NCBI GenBank assembly: GCA_034530615.2
Contig: JAVRCV020000009.1
Location: 1 to 64,000 of the forward strand
Origin: Aulosira sp. ZfuVER01
GTDB lineage: Bacteria; Cyanobacteriota; Cyanobacteriia; Cyanobacteriales; Nostocaceae
Length of the DNA: 64,000 nucleotides
Direction of reading: 5' to 3'
Shown: positions 1 through 10,147 of the stretch, piece after piece
Layout of the letters: the number at the start of each line of letters is the position of its first letter
Position numbering within the stretch: the first letter of the stretch is position 1
Position numbers and translations under genes: made by a program
The notes under the pieces: model-generated
The model's input: only the letters and a program-made list of their open reading frames with translations
Told to the model about the DNA's origin: nothing
Databases searched by the model: none

Positions 1-107
1 AGAGCAATGGCTGGAACCTATATTTCAAGAGAGATAACTATAACTAGAAATAAATCATTACACTGAAAGTTAGTTGCCTACCTGGGATTGACGTTCCCTA
101 AGAAAAG

Positions 108-1301
108 ATGACTCAACAAACTCATAGAATTGTAATCCTTGGTGGAGGCTTTGGTGGCCTCTATACTGCCTTGCGCTTGAGCCAGTTACCTTGGGAATCT
201 ACACAAAAACCCGAAATTGTCTTGGTAGATCAAAGCGATCGCTTCCTATTTTCTCCCTTACTCTACGAATTACTCACTGGCGAACTGCAAACTTGGGAAA
301 TTGCCCCACCCTTCGCAGAACTTCTACAAGGCACAGGTGTACGTTTTTATCAAGCTGTGGTTGCGGGCATTGATATTGACCAGCAACGGGTACATTTACA
401 AAATGGGCCGGAAATCTCCTACGACCGATTAGTACTAGCCTTGGGCGGAGAAACACCCCTAGATTTGGTTCCTGGTGCGACCTCCTACGCTTACCCATTC
501 CGCACAATTGCTGATGCTTATCGTTTAGAAGAACGCCTGCGGGTTTTAGAAGAATCCGATGCAGATAAAATTCGGGTGGCAATTGTTGGGGCAGGTTACA
601 GCGGTGTAGAGTTAGCTTGTAAGTTAGCAGACAGGCTAGGAGAAAGAGGACGCTTCCGCCTCATAGAAATTACTGACCAAATTTTACGCACTTCGCCAGA
701 CTTTAACCGCGAAGCCGCAAAAAAAGCTTTAGAAGCACGAGGCGTATTTATTGATTTAGAAACCAATATAGATTCTATTGGCAAAGATACTATTTCCCTA
801 GAGTATAAAAATCAAGTAGACACAATTCCCGTAGATTTAGCAATCTGGACTGTAGGAACGCGGGTGAGTCCAGTAGTTAAATCCCTACCTCTCAAACACA
901 ATCAGCGCGGTCAAATCACCACTTCACCAACTCTGCAAGTCCTGGAACATCCAGAAATTTTTGCCTTGGGCGATTTAGCCGACTGTGTGGATGCGCAAGG
1001 TCAGCAAATCCCCGCCACTGCGCAAGCTGCGTTTCAGCAAGCAGATTATACCGCTTGGAATATTTGGGCTTCCCTCACCAATCGCCCCTTATTACCTTTC
1101 CAATATCAAAAATTAGGGGAAATGTTGTCATTGGGTGTAGATAATGCTACCCTCACTGGCTTAGGAATCAAATTAGACGGTTCATTAGCATACGTAGCCC
1201 GGCGTTTGGCTTATCTGTATCGATTGCCAACTTTAGATCATCAGCTCAGAGTTGGTTTTAATTGGCTAGTCCGTCCTATTATAGAAACGCTTTCTCGGTA
1301 G
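108..1301 (+). CDS. ndbB: Type II NAD(P)H dehydrogenase family FAD oxidoreductase, NdbB/NDC1-like (demethylphylloquinone reductase)
   Basis: Two Rossmann motifs (GGGFGG, GAGYSG); N-terminus GGGFGGLYTALRL...LLYELL..E...WEIAP resembles plant NDC1/cyanobacterial NdbB. Confidence 0.75.
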   Translation: MTQQTHRIVILGGGFGGLYTALRLSQLPWESTQKPEIVLVDQSDRFLFSPLLYELLTGELQTWEIAPPFAELLQGTGVRFYQAVVAGIDIDQQRVHLQNGPEISYDRLVLALGGETPLDLVPGATSYAYPFRTIADAYRLEERLRVLEESDADKIRVAIVGAGYSGVELACKLADRLGERGRFRLIEITDQILRTSPDFNREAAKKALEARGVFIDLETNIDSIGKDTISLEYKNQVDTIPVDLAIWTVGTRVSPVVKSLPLKHNQRGQITTSPTLQVLEHPEIFALGDLADCVDAQGQQIPATAQAAFQQADYTAWNIWASLTNRPLLPFQYQKLGEMLSLGVDNATLTGLGIKLDGSLAYVARRLAYLYRLPTLDHQLRVGFNWLVRPIIETLSR

Positions 1302-1384
1302 CAAATAGTGCGTAAATATAACTATGCACTGAAGCTCTCATCAGGCACAATTTAAAATCCAGGACTCAAAAGCATAACATTTTG

Positions 1385-2059
1385 ATGGAACGACCGAAAG
1401 TTATTTTTTTAGATGCTGTAGGCACACTCATCGGGGTCAAAGGCAGTGTCGGCGAAGTTTATCGTCAGATAGCCCAGGAATTTGATGTAGAGGTTTCCGC
1501 TGATACATTGAATCAAGCATTTATCGAAAGCTTTAAAGCAGCACCACCACCGATATTTCCCGATGCAGACTCACAAGATATACTCCAACGAGAATTTGAT
1601 TGGTGGCGAATAATTGCCCTCAATACTTTTGAAGGCGCAGGCGTTCTCAAGCAATTTGAAGACTTTTCGGCTTTTTTTAGCGAACTTTACATCCACTTTG
1701 GTACTGCTGAACCTTGGTTTGTCTATCCCGATGTGCTACCAGCTTTGGTAAATTGGCGACGGATGGGAATTGAGTTAGGAGTAGTGTCTAATTTCGATTC
1801 CCGCATTTACTCGGTGTTGCAAAGTTTGGGATTGAGAGACTTCTTCGCCTCCATCACCATTTCTACCCAAGCGTGTGTGGCTAAACCCGATCCCCAAATT
1901 TTCGCTATTGCTTTAGAAAAACATGGCTGTTCACCGGAAGCAGCATGGCACATTGGCGATAGTGCGGACGAAGACTACCACGGTGCTAAAGCCGCTGGGT
2001 TGAGAGGTATTTTGATCAACCGCGAGCAAAAGTCAGCACTCAGCAGTCAATCGTTGTAG
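1385..2059 (+). CDS. HAD-superfamily hydrolase (subfamily IA, REG-2-like)
   Basis: Motif I DAVGTL, SNFD, KPDP, HIGD..D; ATG at 1385 follows TTG at 1382. Confidence 0.85.
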   Translation: MERPKVIFLDAVGTLIGVKGSVGEVYRQIAQEFDVEVSADTLNQAFIESFKAAPPPIFPDADSQDILQREFDWWRIIALNTFEGAGVLKQFEDFSAFFSELYIHFGTAEPWFVYPDVLPALVNWRRMGIELGVVSNFDSRIYSVLQSLGLRDFFASITISTQACVAKPDPQIFAIALEKHGCSPEAAWHIGDSADEDYHGAKAAGLRGILINREQKSALSSQSL

Positions 2060-2108
2060 TTGAGCTAGTCTTTATTTACTGTTATTGATCTATCAAATAT
2101 TGCCCCAA

Positions 2109-2135
2109 CCCTCCTGTTTCAGGAGGGCTATTTTT
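2109..2135 (+). terminator. Intrinsic terminator
   Basis: CCCTCCTG-TTT-CAGGAGGG hairpin followed by a T-run, downstream of the HAD gene. Confidence 0.7.
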
Positions 2136-2150
2136 CTATATGTTTTCTAT

Positions 2151-2168
2151 TGACTGTATGGTCAGTCA
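2151..2168. promoter_or_regulatory. Putative TetR operator
   Basis: TGACTG-N6-CAGTCA palindrome overlapping a TTGACT -35-like hexamer upstream of the hydrolase-tetR pair. Confidence 0.55.
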
Positions 2169-2250
2169 TAAAATATATTGACAATAGTGGTAGCACATCG
2201 TTAACCACAACATCTATCACTACCGCCTAGGATCGGCGGTTAAAAGGAGG

Positions 2251-3012
2251 ATGGATATGACAACAGATTTGTATTACGAAATTCAAGGTACTGGCGAAGC
2301 GATCGCATTAATTCACAGTGGCGGTGCAGATTTACGCGACTGGCAATTGATCGCCCCACTGTTAGCCAAGAACTACCAGGCGATCGCCTTCGACGGACGC
2401 GGTGCCGGAAAGTCGCCAGCACCTTTGGAACCAGCTAATTATGTTGAAGATTTAACAAAGCTGCTTGACCATATCGGCATTGACAAAGCTACCCTCGTGG
2501 GACATTCCATCGGTGGACAAATCGCTACCGATTTCGCCCTCACCTATCCCCAGAGAGTGTCTAAGCTGGTGCTAGTAGCTCCTGGACTCTCAGGCTATCA
2601 ATTCTCACCAGAAATGGAACAGTGGTATGCGCAAGTCATGACGGCGGCTCCGGATGTGGAGAGAATGGTCAAGCTGATGTTAGACGGCTGCATATACAGC
2701 ACGATTATGAATAGTCCCCAAAGCGAACTGATGTATGAGATGACGAAGCACAATACACAGAGATACTTTGATTGGAAGAGTTCCGAGCAAGTCTGGCCGC
2801 AGCCACCTGCGATCGCTCGATTACATGAGCTTCAGGCAAAGACCCTATTTATCATCGGCACTAAGGACAGCAACGACATCTTCCGTATTGCTGAGTTGTT
2901 CCAGCAGGTTCCTGATATTCACTTTGCCAAAATTGATGGGGCAGATCACATGCCGACACTAACTCACTCAGCAGAGGTTTACAATCTGATCTGCGATTTT
3001 CTGAACAAGTAA
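2251..3012 (+). CDS. Alpha/beta fold hydrolase
   Basis: GHSIGG nucleophile elbow, DGRGAGKS, catalytic D and H near the C-terminus; RBS AGGAGG. Confidence 0.9.
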   Translation: MDMTTDLYYEIQGTGEAIALIHSGGADLRDWQLIAPLLAKNYQAIAFDGRGAGKSPAPLEPANYVEDLTKLLDHIGIDKATLVGHSIGGQIATDFALTYPQRVSKLVLVAPGLSGYQFSPEMEQWYAQVMTAAPDVERMVKLMLDGCIYSTIMNSPQSELMYEMTKHNTQRYFDWKSSEQVWPQPPAIARLHELQAKTLFIIGTKDSNDIFRIAELFQQVPDIHFAKIDGADHMPTLTHSAEVYNLICDFLNK

Positions 3013-3020
3013 AGACAACA

Positions 3021-3620
3021 ATGCCGCGTACCCCAGCCGAAAACGAACGTATTCGTCGCGCTACCAGCGAACAAATCCTCAAGGCTGCAATGGATCTTTT
3101 CTTAGACAAAGGCTATCACGCCACATCAATTGATGATGTGGCCAAGAAAGCGAAGATATCAAAGGGACTTCTGTATCATTACTTCAAAGGCAAAGAAGAT
3201 CTATTTGCAGCTATGGTTGATGTCCGACTCAACGACTTGTTAGTTGTGATGGAGGCGGCGGTGGCAAAGGAAACGCCTGCTGAACAAATCCGACACATCG
3301 CCGAAGGTGCGCTGGAAGATGTCCGCCGACAACCGGAAGTTTTCCGTTTCTACCTCAACCTTTTTACCCAACCTAGGCTCGATCCGGTCATAGCTAAATA
3401 CAGCCAGAAGCTGATGGATGAGCAAGCAAAGCAGTTTGAGGTTCAAACTGAGATGTTCATAAAGCTGGGGATCGCAAATCCGAGGAAGAGATCCATCTAT
3501 TTTTCCTCAACCTTACAAGGTGTCATGCTGATGTTTTCGACCTATCCCCAGAGTTTTCCTTTGGATGAGGTCAAAGCGCAGGTAATCGAGGAATTTTGCG
3601 GGGAGATGGCGAAGTCATAG
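3021..3620 (+). CDS. TetR/AcrR family transcriptional regulator
   Basis: N-terminal HTH ILKAAMDLF..KGYHATSIDDVAKKAKISKGLLYHYFKGK. Confidence 0.93.
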   Translation: MPRTPAENERIRRATSEQILKAAMDLFLDKGYHATSIDDVAKKAKISKGLLYHYFKGKEDLFAAMVDVRLNDLLVVMEAAVAKETPAEQIRHIAEGALEDVRRQPEVFRFYLNLFTQPRLDPVIAKYSQKLMDEQAKQFEVQTEMFIKLGIANPRKRSIYFSSTLQGVMLMFSTYPQSFPLDEVKAQVIEEFCGEMAKS

Positions 3621-4850
3621 TGTTTGTAAAACTTGCACCTCTTCACCTGAAGAAATTAATGTTTTCCCCACGGGGATAACAGCTAAGGCATTGGTTTGAG
3701 CTAAGTTAATTAAATTGCCGGAACTGTGGCTACCTCCAGCTTTGTGAAACTCGTAAATACCATTAACTAACTGTAATTTACCCCAAACATAAGTTTCACG
3801 CTTGCCATCCGATCGCAACTCGTCATGCGATCGCACTTTCATAAACCCTACTTCCCAACCCTCAGCCAACCCAGAAAGCTTTTTAATTGCTGGCTGCACA
3901 AACCGCAAAAACGTTACCAATACAGCAGCTGGGTTCCCAGGTAAACCAAAGTAGAGTGCTGAGTTTGGAGTAGGAAAGGTAGCGACAGTCAGGGGTTTTC
4001 CTGGCCGCATAGCCACAGCACGGATATGAATTTTCGCTCCCAGTTTTTCGAGAATTTGGTCAACATAGTCATAATCCCCTACCGAAACCCCTCCAGAAGA
4101 GATAACTATATCGGCATTCGCTATGGCGTAAGCAATGGTTTCCTCAAGCGCTGCTGGATCGTCCTTAACAATGCCTAACATCAAGGGTTCTGCACCACTT
4201 TGCCTGACCAAAGCGGCCAGCGCATAGCCATTGGAATCAACAATTTGTCCGGCGGCTAGGGGTTGATCGAGGGTGACTAATTCATCACCTGTGGAAAAAA
4301 TTGCTACTCGTGGGCGACGGTAAACACTAACTTGGGGAGTCTGGGCTGCTGCTAATACAGAAATTTCTGCGGCATTTAATCTAATTCCTGCCGGTAATAA
4401 TTGTGTCCCAGCTTGGTAAAAAGATGCTTTGTGCCTGACAAATTCTTGTGGTTGTGGTGCGGCGAGGATATAAACTTGGTTTTCCTCTCGCTTTGTCCTC
4501 TCTTGCATGACTACCGTATCCGCACCCTCTGGCATCACTGCACCTGTAAAAATCCGTGCGGCTTGACCCTGTTGAATTGTAGACTGGGGCTGATATCCGG
4601 CGGGAATTTCTTCGACAATTTCCAAAACGGCTGGCTGTTCGGCGCTACTGTGCTGCACATCTAGGTAACGCACTGCATAGCCATCCATTGCTGAATCATC
4701 CCAATGGGGAAAATCCAGTTGACTGGTGACAGGTGTGGCGAGAATGCGATCGCCTGCTGCTAATAAATCTACAACTTCTGTATCACCCCGATCATCTAGT
4801 GGCTGAACTAGATTTAAAATAACTGCTTCTGTATCGCTGACTGATAGCAT
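3615..4850 (-). CDS. moeA: Molybdopterin molybdotransferase MoeA
   Basis: SAMDGYA, IFTGA.MP, STGDEL, SSGGVSVG, RPGKP, LPGNP motifs. Confidence 0.95.
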   Translation of the reverse strand: MLSVSDTEAVILNLVQPLDDRGDTEVVDLLAAGDRILATPVTSQLDFPHWDDSAMDGYAVRYLDVQHSSAEQPAVLEIVEEIPAGYQPQSTIQQGQAARIFTGAVMPEGADTVVMQERTKREENQVYILAAPQPQEFVRHKASFYQAGTQLLPAGIRLNAAEISVLAAAQTPQVSVYRRPRVAIFSTGDELVTLDQPLAAGQIVDSNGYALAALVRQSGAEPLMLGIVKDDPAALEETIAYAIANADIVISSGGVSVGDYDYVDQILEKLGAKIHIRAVAMRPGKPLTVATFPTPNSALYFGLPGNPAAVLVTFLRFVQPAIKKLSGLAEGWEVGFMKVRSHDELRSDGKRETYVWGKLQLVNGIYEFHKAGGSHSSGNLINLAQTNALAVIPVGKTLISSGEEVQVLQTL

Positions 4851-4878
4851 AGCGATCGCCTAGTATTAAAGCTATTTT

Positions 4879-5124
4879 CTACATTGTGACACTCGCTGTT
4901 TCCTTAGTACACCAGGCTTGTAGCAACCATCTATTAGATTCCTGATCGAGTGCTGGTAAGACACGACAATTAAATACATCTTGCCAGACTTCAACCCCAT
5001 GCTGGCTAATCAAGATTGTTTGCAATTCTCGAAAACGCGGGTAATCACGGTCATTAATGGCAGTTAGTATGGAAATGATTGTACTAACTGGGATTTGTAC
5101 AGCTTTTGTGCGGATGAATTTCAT
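4879..5124 (-). CDS. Small hypothetical protein
   Basis: Open frame; likely ATG at 5124 (MKFIRTK...), C-terminus W.DVFN.RVLPALD..S.RWLL looks protein-like. Confidence 0.55.
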   Translation of the reverse strand: MKFIRTKAVQIPVSTIISILTAINDRDYPRFRELQTILISQHGVEVWQDVFNCRVLPALDQESNRWLLQAWCTKETASVTM

Positions 5125-5956
5125 TTTGGGTAATCCTCTAGAATATAGATAATTTACACTAGTAATGATTTTAACCAACCACTTGCTTTAATTACGATCT
5201 ATATTGGTTGGTCTTCTTTATTCATGCTATTGAACTTAGTTGTCTTTTTTTCGTTTCTTCAACAGGGAGCTAGCATCTCAACGCTCACTTCAATATTAAA
5301 CATAGAGGAAACAATTTATTCTCTATATCTACATAAAAATACTTAATTTATCGTAGATTTCTTGCAGGCATTACTCAACAATACTATATCAATACTCATA
5401 AGTGCGTAACGCTTAAAATATAGTATAAATATATACAGCATTTGATATTAGAATTGTCGTATGTGGCGCGATCGCCCTTCTTATACAATTTTGGATTTTG
5501 CGAAAAGATAATATGCATCTTTAAATCAAAATCTTAAAAACTGCTCGGCGATCGCATATTTACAGTTGGATGCCCTGATATTTCCCTTAAGGGGTCAAGA
5601 TTTTGATTGATATCTAAATAATTAAATTTTAATGAAAAAATATCTGATTGAAGTTGGGAATATTTTAGTAATTAAAAAAATCCAAATATCAGGAATCACT
5701 TAATAGCAAATTCCTCCTTATTTATGTTGAAGTTAGTTTGCCATTAATGCATTGACAAAATCCATTACTCCTGAGAGTATAACCAAGCAATAGAGCTAAT
5801 CTTGGAGGTTTTAATTGATGCTTCTACCAAGAGTGTTTTTTTCCAAAAGAAATACTAATACCTTAAATAATCAGGACAATATGAAGTTAAAAAGAGAAAA
5901 CACAAAGCACAATAATTTTCATAATATATAAATTTTCCATAAAGATTTGCGAAATT

Positions 5957-8764
5957 ATGACTAATAATTTACTAGATCCAGACAATCAACCAAAATTTCT
6001 CAACTTGCTGCCAACTCCAATTAGAATAGATGCGACAAAAGGTGGCAAATTTACAATTCAAATGCGAGAAACCGAGCAATGGCTTGGACTATACGCAGGC
6101 CCAGGTGCTGATGGTGTATACGGCACCCCTGATGATGTACGTCTTAATACCAATGTTTGGGGATATAGCTATGAAGGTAAAAATCAAAATATTTTTCCTG
6201 GTCCGACATTTGTAGCGCAAACAGATGTTCCCATAAAAGTTCGGTGGGAAAACGATCTACCCAAAACCGGACACTTACTACCAGTAGATCGGAGCATTCA
6301 TATTGCACAACCTGTTCAAAATACCTTGGAAAATGGGTATGTTCCTACCGTGACCCACTTACATGGTGGTCACAGCGAAGCAGCTAGCGATGGAGCGCCT
6401 GAGGCTTGGTTCACACAAGATTTTTCGGAAACAGGGCCGCAGTGGGTTAAGAAGAATTACTCTTATGACAACGACCAAGAGGCGTCAACTCTTTGGTATC
6501 ACGATCATGCACTAGGACTGACGCGCCTTAACGTCTATGCAGGTTTAGCAGGCTTTTATCTTCTGCGCGATCAAAATGAGAATAATCTAATTCATCAAGG
6601 CATTTTGCCTAGCGGTTCTTACGAGCGAGAAATCCTCATTCAAGACCGGATGTTCACTGCGGATGGACAGCTTTACTTTCCATCCACCGATCCACCAGTA
6701 GAGCCAGATCCTCTAGTAGATCCAAACCCGCCTACACCACCTAATCCTAGCGCCATCCCCGAGTTCTTCGGCAACTTCATTATGGTGAACGGGATGGCAT
6801 GGCCCAAAATGGAGGTTGAACCTAGGAAATATCGCCTCCGGTTAGCGAATGGTTCTGACTCGCGATTTTATATCCTCGAGTTTAACGATCCTCAAGAAAA
6901 GTTTTACCAAATTGGGACAGAGCAAGGCTTTTTTAAAACACCACTTGCATTAGATAAGTTGGTAATTGCACCTGGCGAACGTGCTGATGTGATTGTTGAC
7001 TTCACTGGCGATGCAGGAAAAGAGTTTATCTTACAAAATTTGGGGCCAGATGAACCATTCATGGGACTCAATGAGCATCCAGATGAAGAACCAAATTTGG
7101 CCGATCCTGATACAACAGGCCAGATCCTGAAAATCGAGGTGAATCAGCCGCTTAGTTCTATCCCGAACGCTAAAGTTGATACTGACGAAACCGATGGATT
7201 GACAACAGAGTTACGTTCTGACGAAATAGAACCCCTCACTCAAACCGGACCTACAAGACAACTCGTTCTATTTGAAGGTAGAGACAAGTTTGGCCGGATC
7301 AGACCAGAATTGGGAACAATGGCAGATGGCTCATTACTATGGGATGACCCAATTACAGAGCAACCAAAGTTGGGTACTACTGAAGTCTGGGAATTCTACA
7401 ACACTACCGAAGATGCACACCCAATTCACCTGCACTTGACTAACTTCCAGATTCTCAACCGCGAGAAATTTAATGGTGATGTAGTCACTGCGGGCAAAGA
7501 TGCTATGGAAGGGACTAAGCAAAGGTTGGAGAATGTCACTCTCAGCGGCGATGTAGAGGCTCCATTACCATCTGAAAGAGGTTGGAAAGACACCGTTATT
7601 GCCAATCCCGGTGAAGTTGTCCGCATCATTGCCAAATTTGATAAACCAGGAGAGTATGTTTGGCACTGCCACATCCTTTCACATGAAGATAATGAGATGA
7701 TGCGACCCTTTAAAGTGGTTGCAGAAAATAAGCAAAGCCATCTAACAAATCCTAGTCATGATATTTTTCACATCAGCAATGACAGCGCCAAAGCAACCCT
7801 GCAATTTACGCTTACAGGACATAATTCTCAGCAAGTAAATGAAATTGGCGTGTTTGCCGTTGACGATCATACTGGTAAAATTGGCGATCTAGCACCAGGA
7901 AGCGCTGGTTATGCCCAGCTTGCTTTAGACAGAGCCAAGGTAATTTTCTCTACTATTGCTAATGTTCCTAATGGCTTTAGAACCGACAATCTCACAAAAT
8001 TACTAGAAGTAGATTCTGGTGCCAATTTAAGATTTTATTTAGTACAAAATAGTACAACTGATGCTGTGAAAACTGGAGTCGTCCCGATCGGCAATGTACT
8101 ATTTTCTGATGTCTCAACGCAAAAGATTACAGATTTAGGGAACGAAGCATACTCCTTAGCCTGGAAAGATATTCGTGGTCATAGCACTGATGAGTTCAAG
8201 GATTTAGTGGTGACAGTGCAACCCACAGATCAAACCTTACCTTTGGGTACAAATTTACAAGGAAAGCTACAGGGAGAACTGATTAATTTACAAGGTGTGA
8301 CACAACTGGTAAAAGCCGATTTTATCGTCAATAGAGAAGCAGCTTTCAAAAATTTTGTTGGTTTTTATCAGGTGGCTGATGAAAATGGAGGTATTGATGT
8401 CGATGGTAATGGTACGGTTGATTTACGTATTGGGGACTCAGGCTATACTCAAGCAGCAGTTCGTGGGCGCGTTGTGGGTATGGACTTGACAGTTAATAAC
8501 CAAAGTACGGCAACTTATACAGGAACTTTCCAGCCAGGTGCTATTTTCGCACCATTTATGATTGCTAATGGTAGACCAGAAGCAATTTTAGATGGCAATC
8601 CCAGTAACGATCCAGCAATTTACTTCCCATTTTTGGGAGCTAACGCAGATCGGGTGGATCATATTAACCTGTTAGGTAGTAATATCTTTGGCTTTGAGGA
8701 TTTAGCAAATAGTGGTGACAAAGATTTCAACGATATGATTGTGCAAGTAAATTTGACTACTTAA
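5957..8764 (+). CDS. Multicopper oxidase (CotA/bilirubin oxidase-like) with C-terminal DUF4114-like region
   Basis: All four copper motifs HLHG, WYHDH, HPIHLH, HCHILSHEDNEMM; tail ends GFEDL...GDKDFNDMIV. Confidence 0.9.
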   Translation: MTNNLLDPDNQPKFLNLLPTPIRIDATKGGKFTIQMRETEQWLGLYAGPGADGVYGTPDDVRLNTNVWGYSYEGKNQNIFPGPTFVAQTDVPIKVRWENDLPKTGHLLPVDRSIHIAQPVQNTLENGYVPTVTHLHGGHSEAASDGAPEAWFTQDFSETGPQWVKKNYSYDNDQEASTLWYHDHALGLTRLNVYAGLAGFYLLRDQNENNLIHQGILPSGSYEREILIQDRMFTADGQLYFPSTDPPVEPDPLVDPNPPTPPNPSAIPEFFGNFIMVNGMAWPKMEVEPRKYRLRLANGSDSRFYILEFNDPQEKFYQIGTEQGFFKTPLALDKLVIAPGERADVIVDFTGDAGKEFILQNLGPDEPFMGLNEHPDEEPNLADPDTTGQILKIEVNQPLSSIPNAKVDTDETDGLTTELRSDEIEPLTQTGPTRQLVLFEGRDKFGRIRPELGTMADGSLLWDDPITEQPKLGTTEVWEFYNTTEDAHPIHLHLTNFQILNREKFNGDVVTAGKDAMEGTKQRLENVTLSGDVEAPLPSERGWKDTVIANPGEVVRIIAKFDKPGEYVWHCHILSHEDNEMMRPFKVVAENKQSHLTNPSHDIFHISNDSAKATLQFTLTGHNSQQVNEIGVFAVDDHTGKIGDLAPGSAGYAQLALDRAKVIFSTIANVPNGFRTDNLTKLLEVDSGANLRFYLVQNSTTDAVKTGVVPIGNVLFSDVSTQKITDLGNEAYSLAWKDIRGHSTDEFKDLVVTVQPTDQTLPLGTNLQGKLQGELINLQGVTQLVKADFIVNREAAFKNFVGFYQVADENGGIDVDGNGTVDLRIGDSGYTQAAVRGRVVGMDLTVNNQSTATYTGTFQPGAIFAPFMIANGRPEAILDGNPSNDPAIYFPFLGANADRVDHINLLGSNIFGFEDLANSGDKDFNDMIVQVNLTT

Positions 8765-8779
8765 GAGCACCTGCAACCA

Positions 8780-8839
8780 ATTTGGTTATAGTAAGCCATT
8801 CAGTAGCTAGAAAAAACTGAAAACTTACTATAACCAAAT
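8780..8839. repeat. Long hairpin, 16-bp perfect inverted repeat
   Basis: ATTTGGTTATAGTAAG (8780-8795) / CTTACTATAACCAAAT (8824-8839), with inner TTCAGT/ACTGAA. Confidence 0.8.
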
Positions 8840-8914
8840 GTTGATTCGCTTAAGATTGGGTTAGAGGAAAAGCACAAAACCAAACTTTAATCCCCAGATA
8901 AATGCTGAGTTTGT

Positions 8915-9472
8915 ATGACTATTGAACGAATACCTCAAAAACACTATCCCAAGGCTGAAATTGGACGACGCGGTATGGCGTTGGGGCTAGATTTTCTTGG
9001 TGTTTGGTTAGTTAGTTCCGTCTTTGGCAGCAATAAGTTAGGTATTCAAGTTATGCAAATTTTAGTATTTGTTATAGCTTGGTTAGTCTTACGTGTGCTA
9101 GTAGTCTATAACAATCAAGGACAAAGTTTAGGGCGTTGGGCATTTGATCTGAAGGTCTTGGAAGTTGAAGGGGGGGAAGTCGTCGGTAGAATTCCCCAGT
9201 TGCTGGCACTGCTAAAAAGAGAAGCAATAATTGGTGTTGGTGCGCTTTTCATCTCTATTGCTCTAGGCAACATTAGCGCCAATCCCACTGCTATACTGCT
9301 AGTACTTCCCCTGGCGATTGACTGTGGTACAGCTTTTTATGATACCCAGATGCGCCAGGCATTGCATGACCGCTATGCAGGAACTATCATAATTTCCTCG
9401 CGTCGTGGCTACTCACTTGATATAAAAGTCAAGCGATTAGTTGAAAATATGCGACGAAATGTGAGAAGATAG
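8915..9472 (+). CDS. RDD family membrane protein
   Basis: RR..A..LD motif, GQSLGR, QALHD; hydrophobic segments; upstream of rpmG. Confidence 0.85.
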   Translation: MTIERIPQKHYPKAEIGRRGMALGLDFLGVWLVSSVFGSNKLGIQVMQILVFVIAWLVLRVLVVYNNQGQSLGRWAFDLKVLEVEGGEVVGRIPQLLALLKREAIIGVGALFISIALGNISANPTAILLVLPLAIDCGTAFYDTQMRQALHDRYAGTIIISSRRGYSLDIKVKRLVENMRRNVRR

Positions 9473-9515
9473 TCATTTGTGTTAATTCTCTCCAGGCTTT
9501 ACGGTTTGTAAGATT

Positions 9516-9710
9516 ATGGCTAAGAGTAAAGGTGTCCGCATAATAGTGACACTAGAATGTACCGAATGTCGCACTAACGCTAACAAGCGTTCTCCTGGTG
9601 TTTCCCGGTATACCACTACGAAGAATCGGCGCAACACCACCAACCGATTAGAACTGAAAAAGTTCTGCTCCCATTGCAATACACACACAGTCCACAAGGA
9701 AATTAAGTAA
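9516..9710 (+). CDS. rpmG: 50S ribosomal protein L33
   Basis: R..VTLECTEC...YTTTKNRRN...LELKKFC..C..HT.HKE. Confidence 0.98.
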   Translation: MAKSKGVRIIVTLECTECRTNANKRSPGVSRYTTTKNRRNTTNRLELKKFCSHCNTHTVHKEIK

Positions 9711-9712
9711 AG

Positions 9713-9928
9713 ATGAGCTACTATCGTCGTCGTCTATCTCCGATTAAGCCGGGGGAACCAATCGATTATAAAGATGTTGATTTGTTGCGGAAGTTTGTCA
9801 CCGAGCGGGGTAAGATACTGCCACGTCGAATCACTGGACTGACATCTCAGCAACAGCGAGACTTGACATTAGCAATTAAACGTGCTCGAATTGTAGCCTT
9901 GTTGCCGTTTATCAACGCGGAAGGCTAA
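9713..9928 (+). CDS. rpsR: 30S ribosomal protein S18
   Basis: [25 protein letters not shown]...AIKRAR..ALLPF. Confidence 0.98.
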   Translation: MSYYRRRLSPIKPGEPIDYKDVDLLRKFVTERGKILPRRITGLTSQQQRDLTLAIKRARIVALLPFINAEG

Positions 9929-10147
9929 TTCGAGTTGAACGCGAGAATTTTAGGTTATGGATTATCTCAGGCAGCTGCATTAATAGTATATGTAGCTGCA
10001 AATTTTCTGAGTCCACAATCTAAAATCTCATTAAGTCAGTGTAGAATCATCTTCTGCATATAAAAAATCATGAGATTTTGGATTCAGTAGTCAATATTCA
10101 ATCCAAAATCTAAAATTTATTAGTTAACCAAATTAAGTGCGAGAGTT

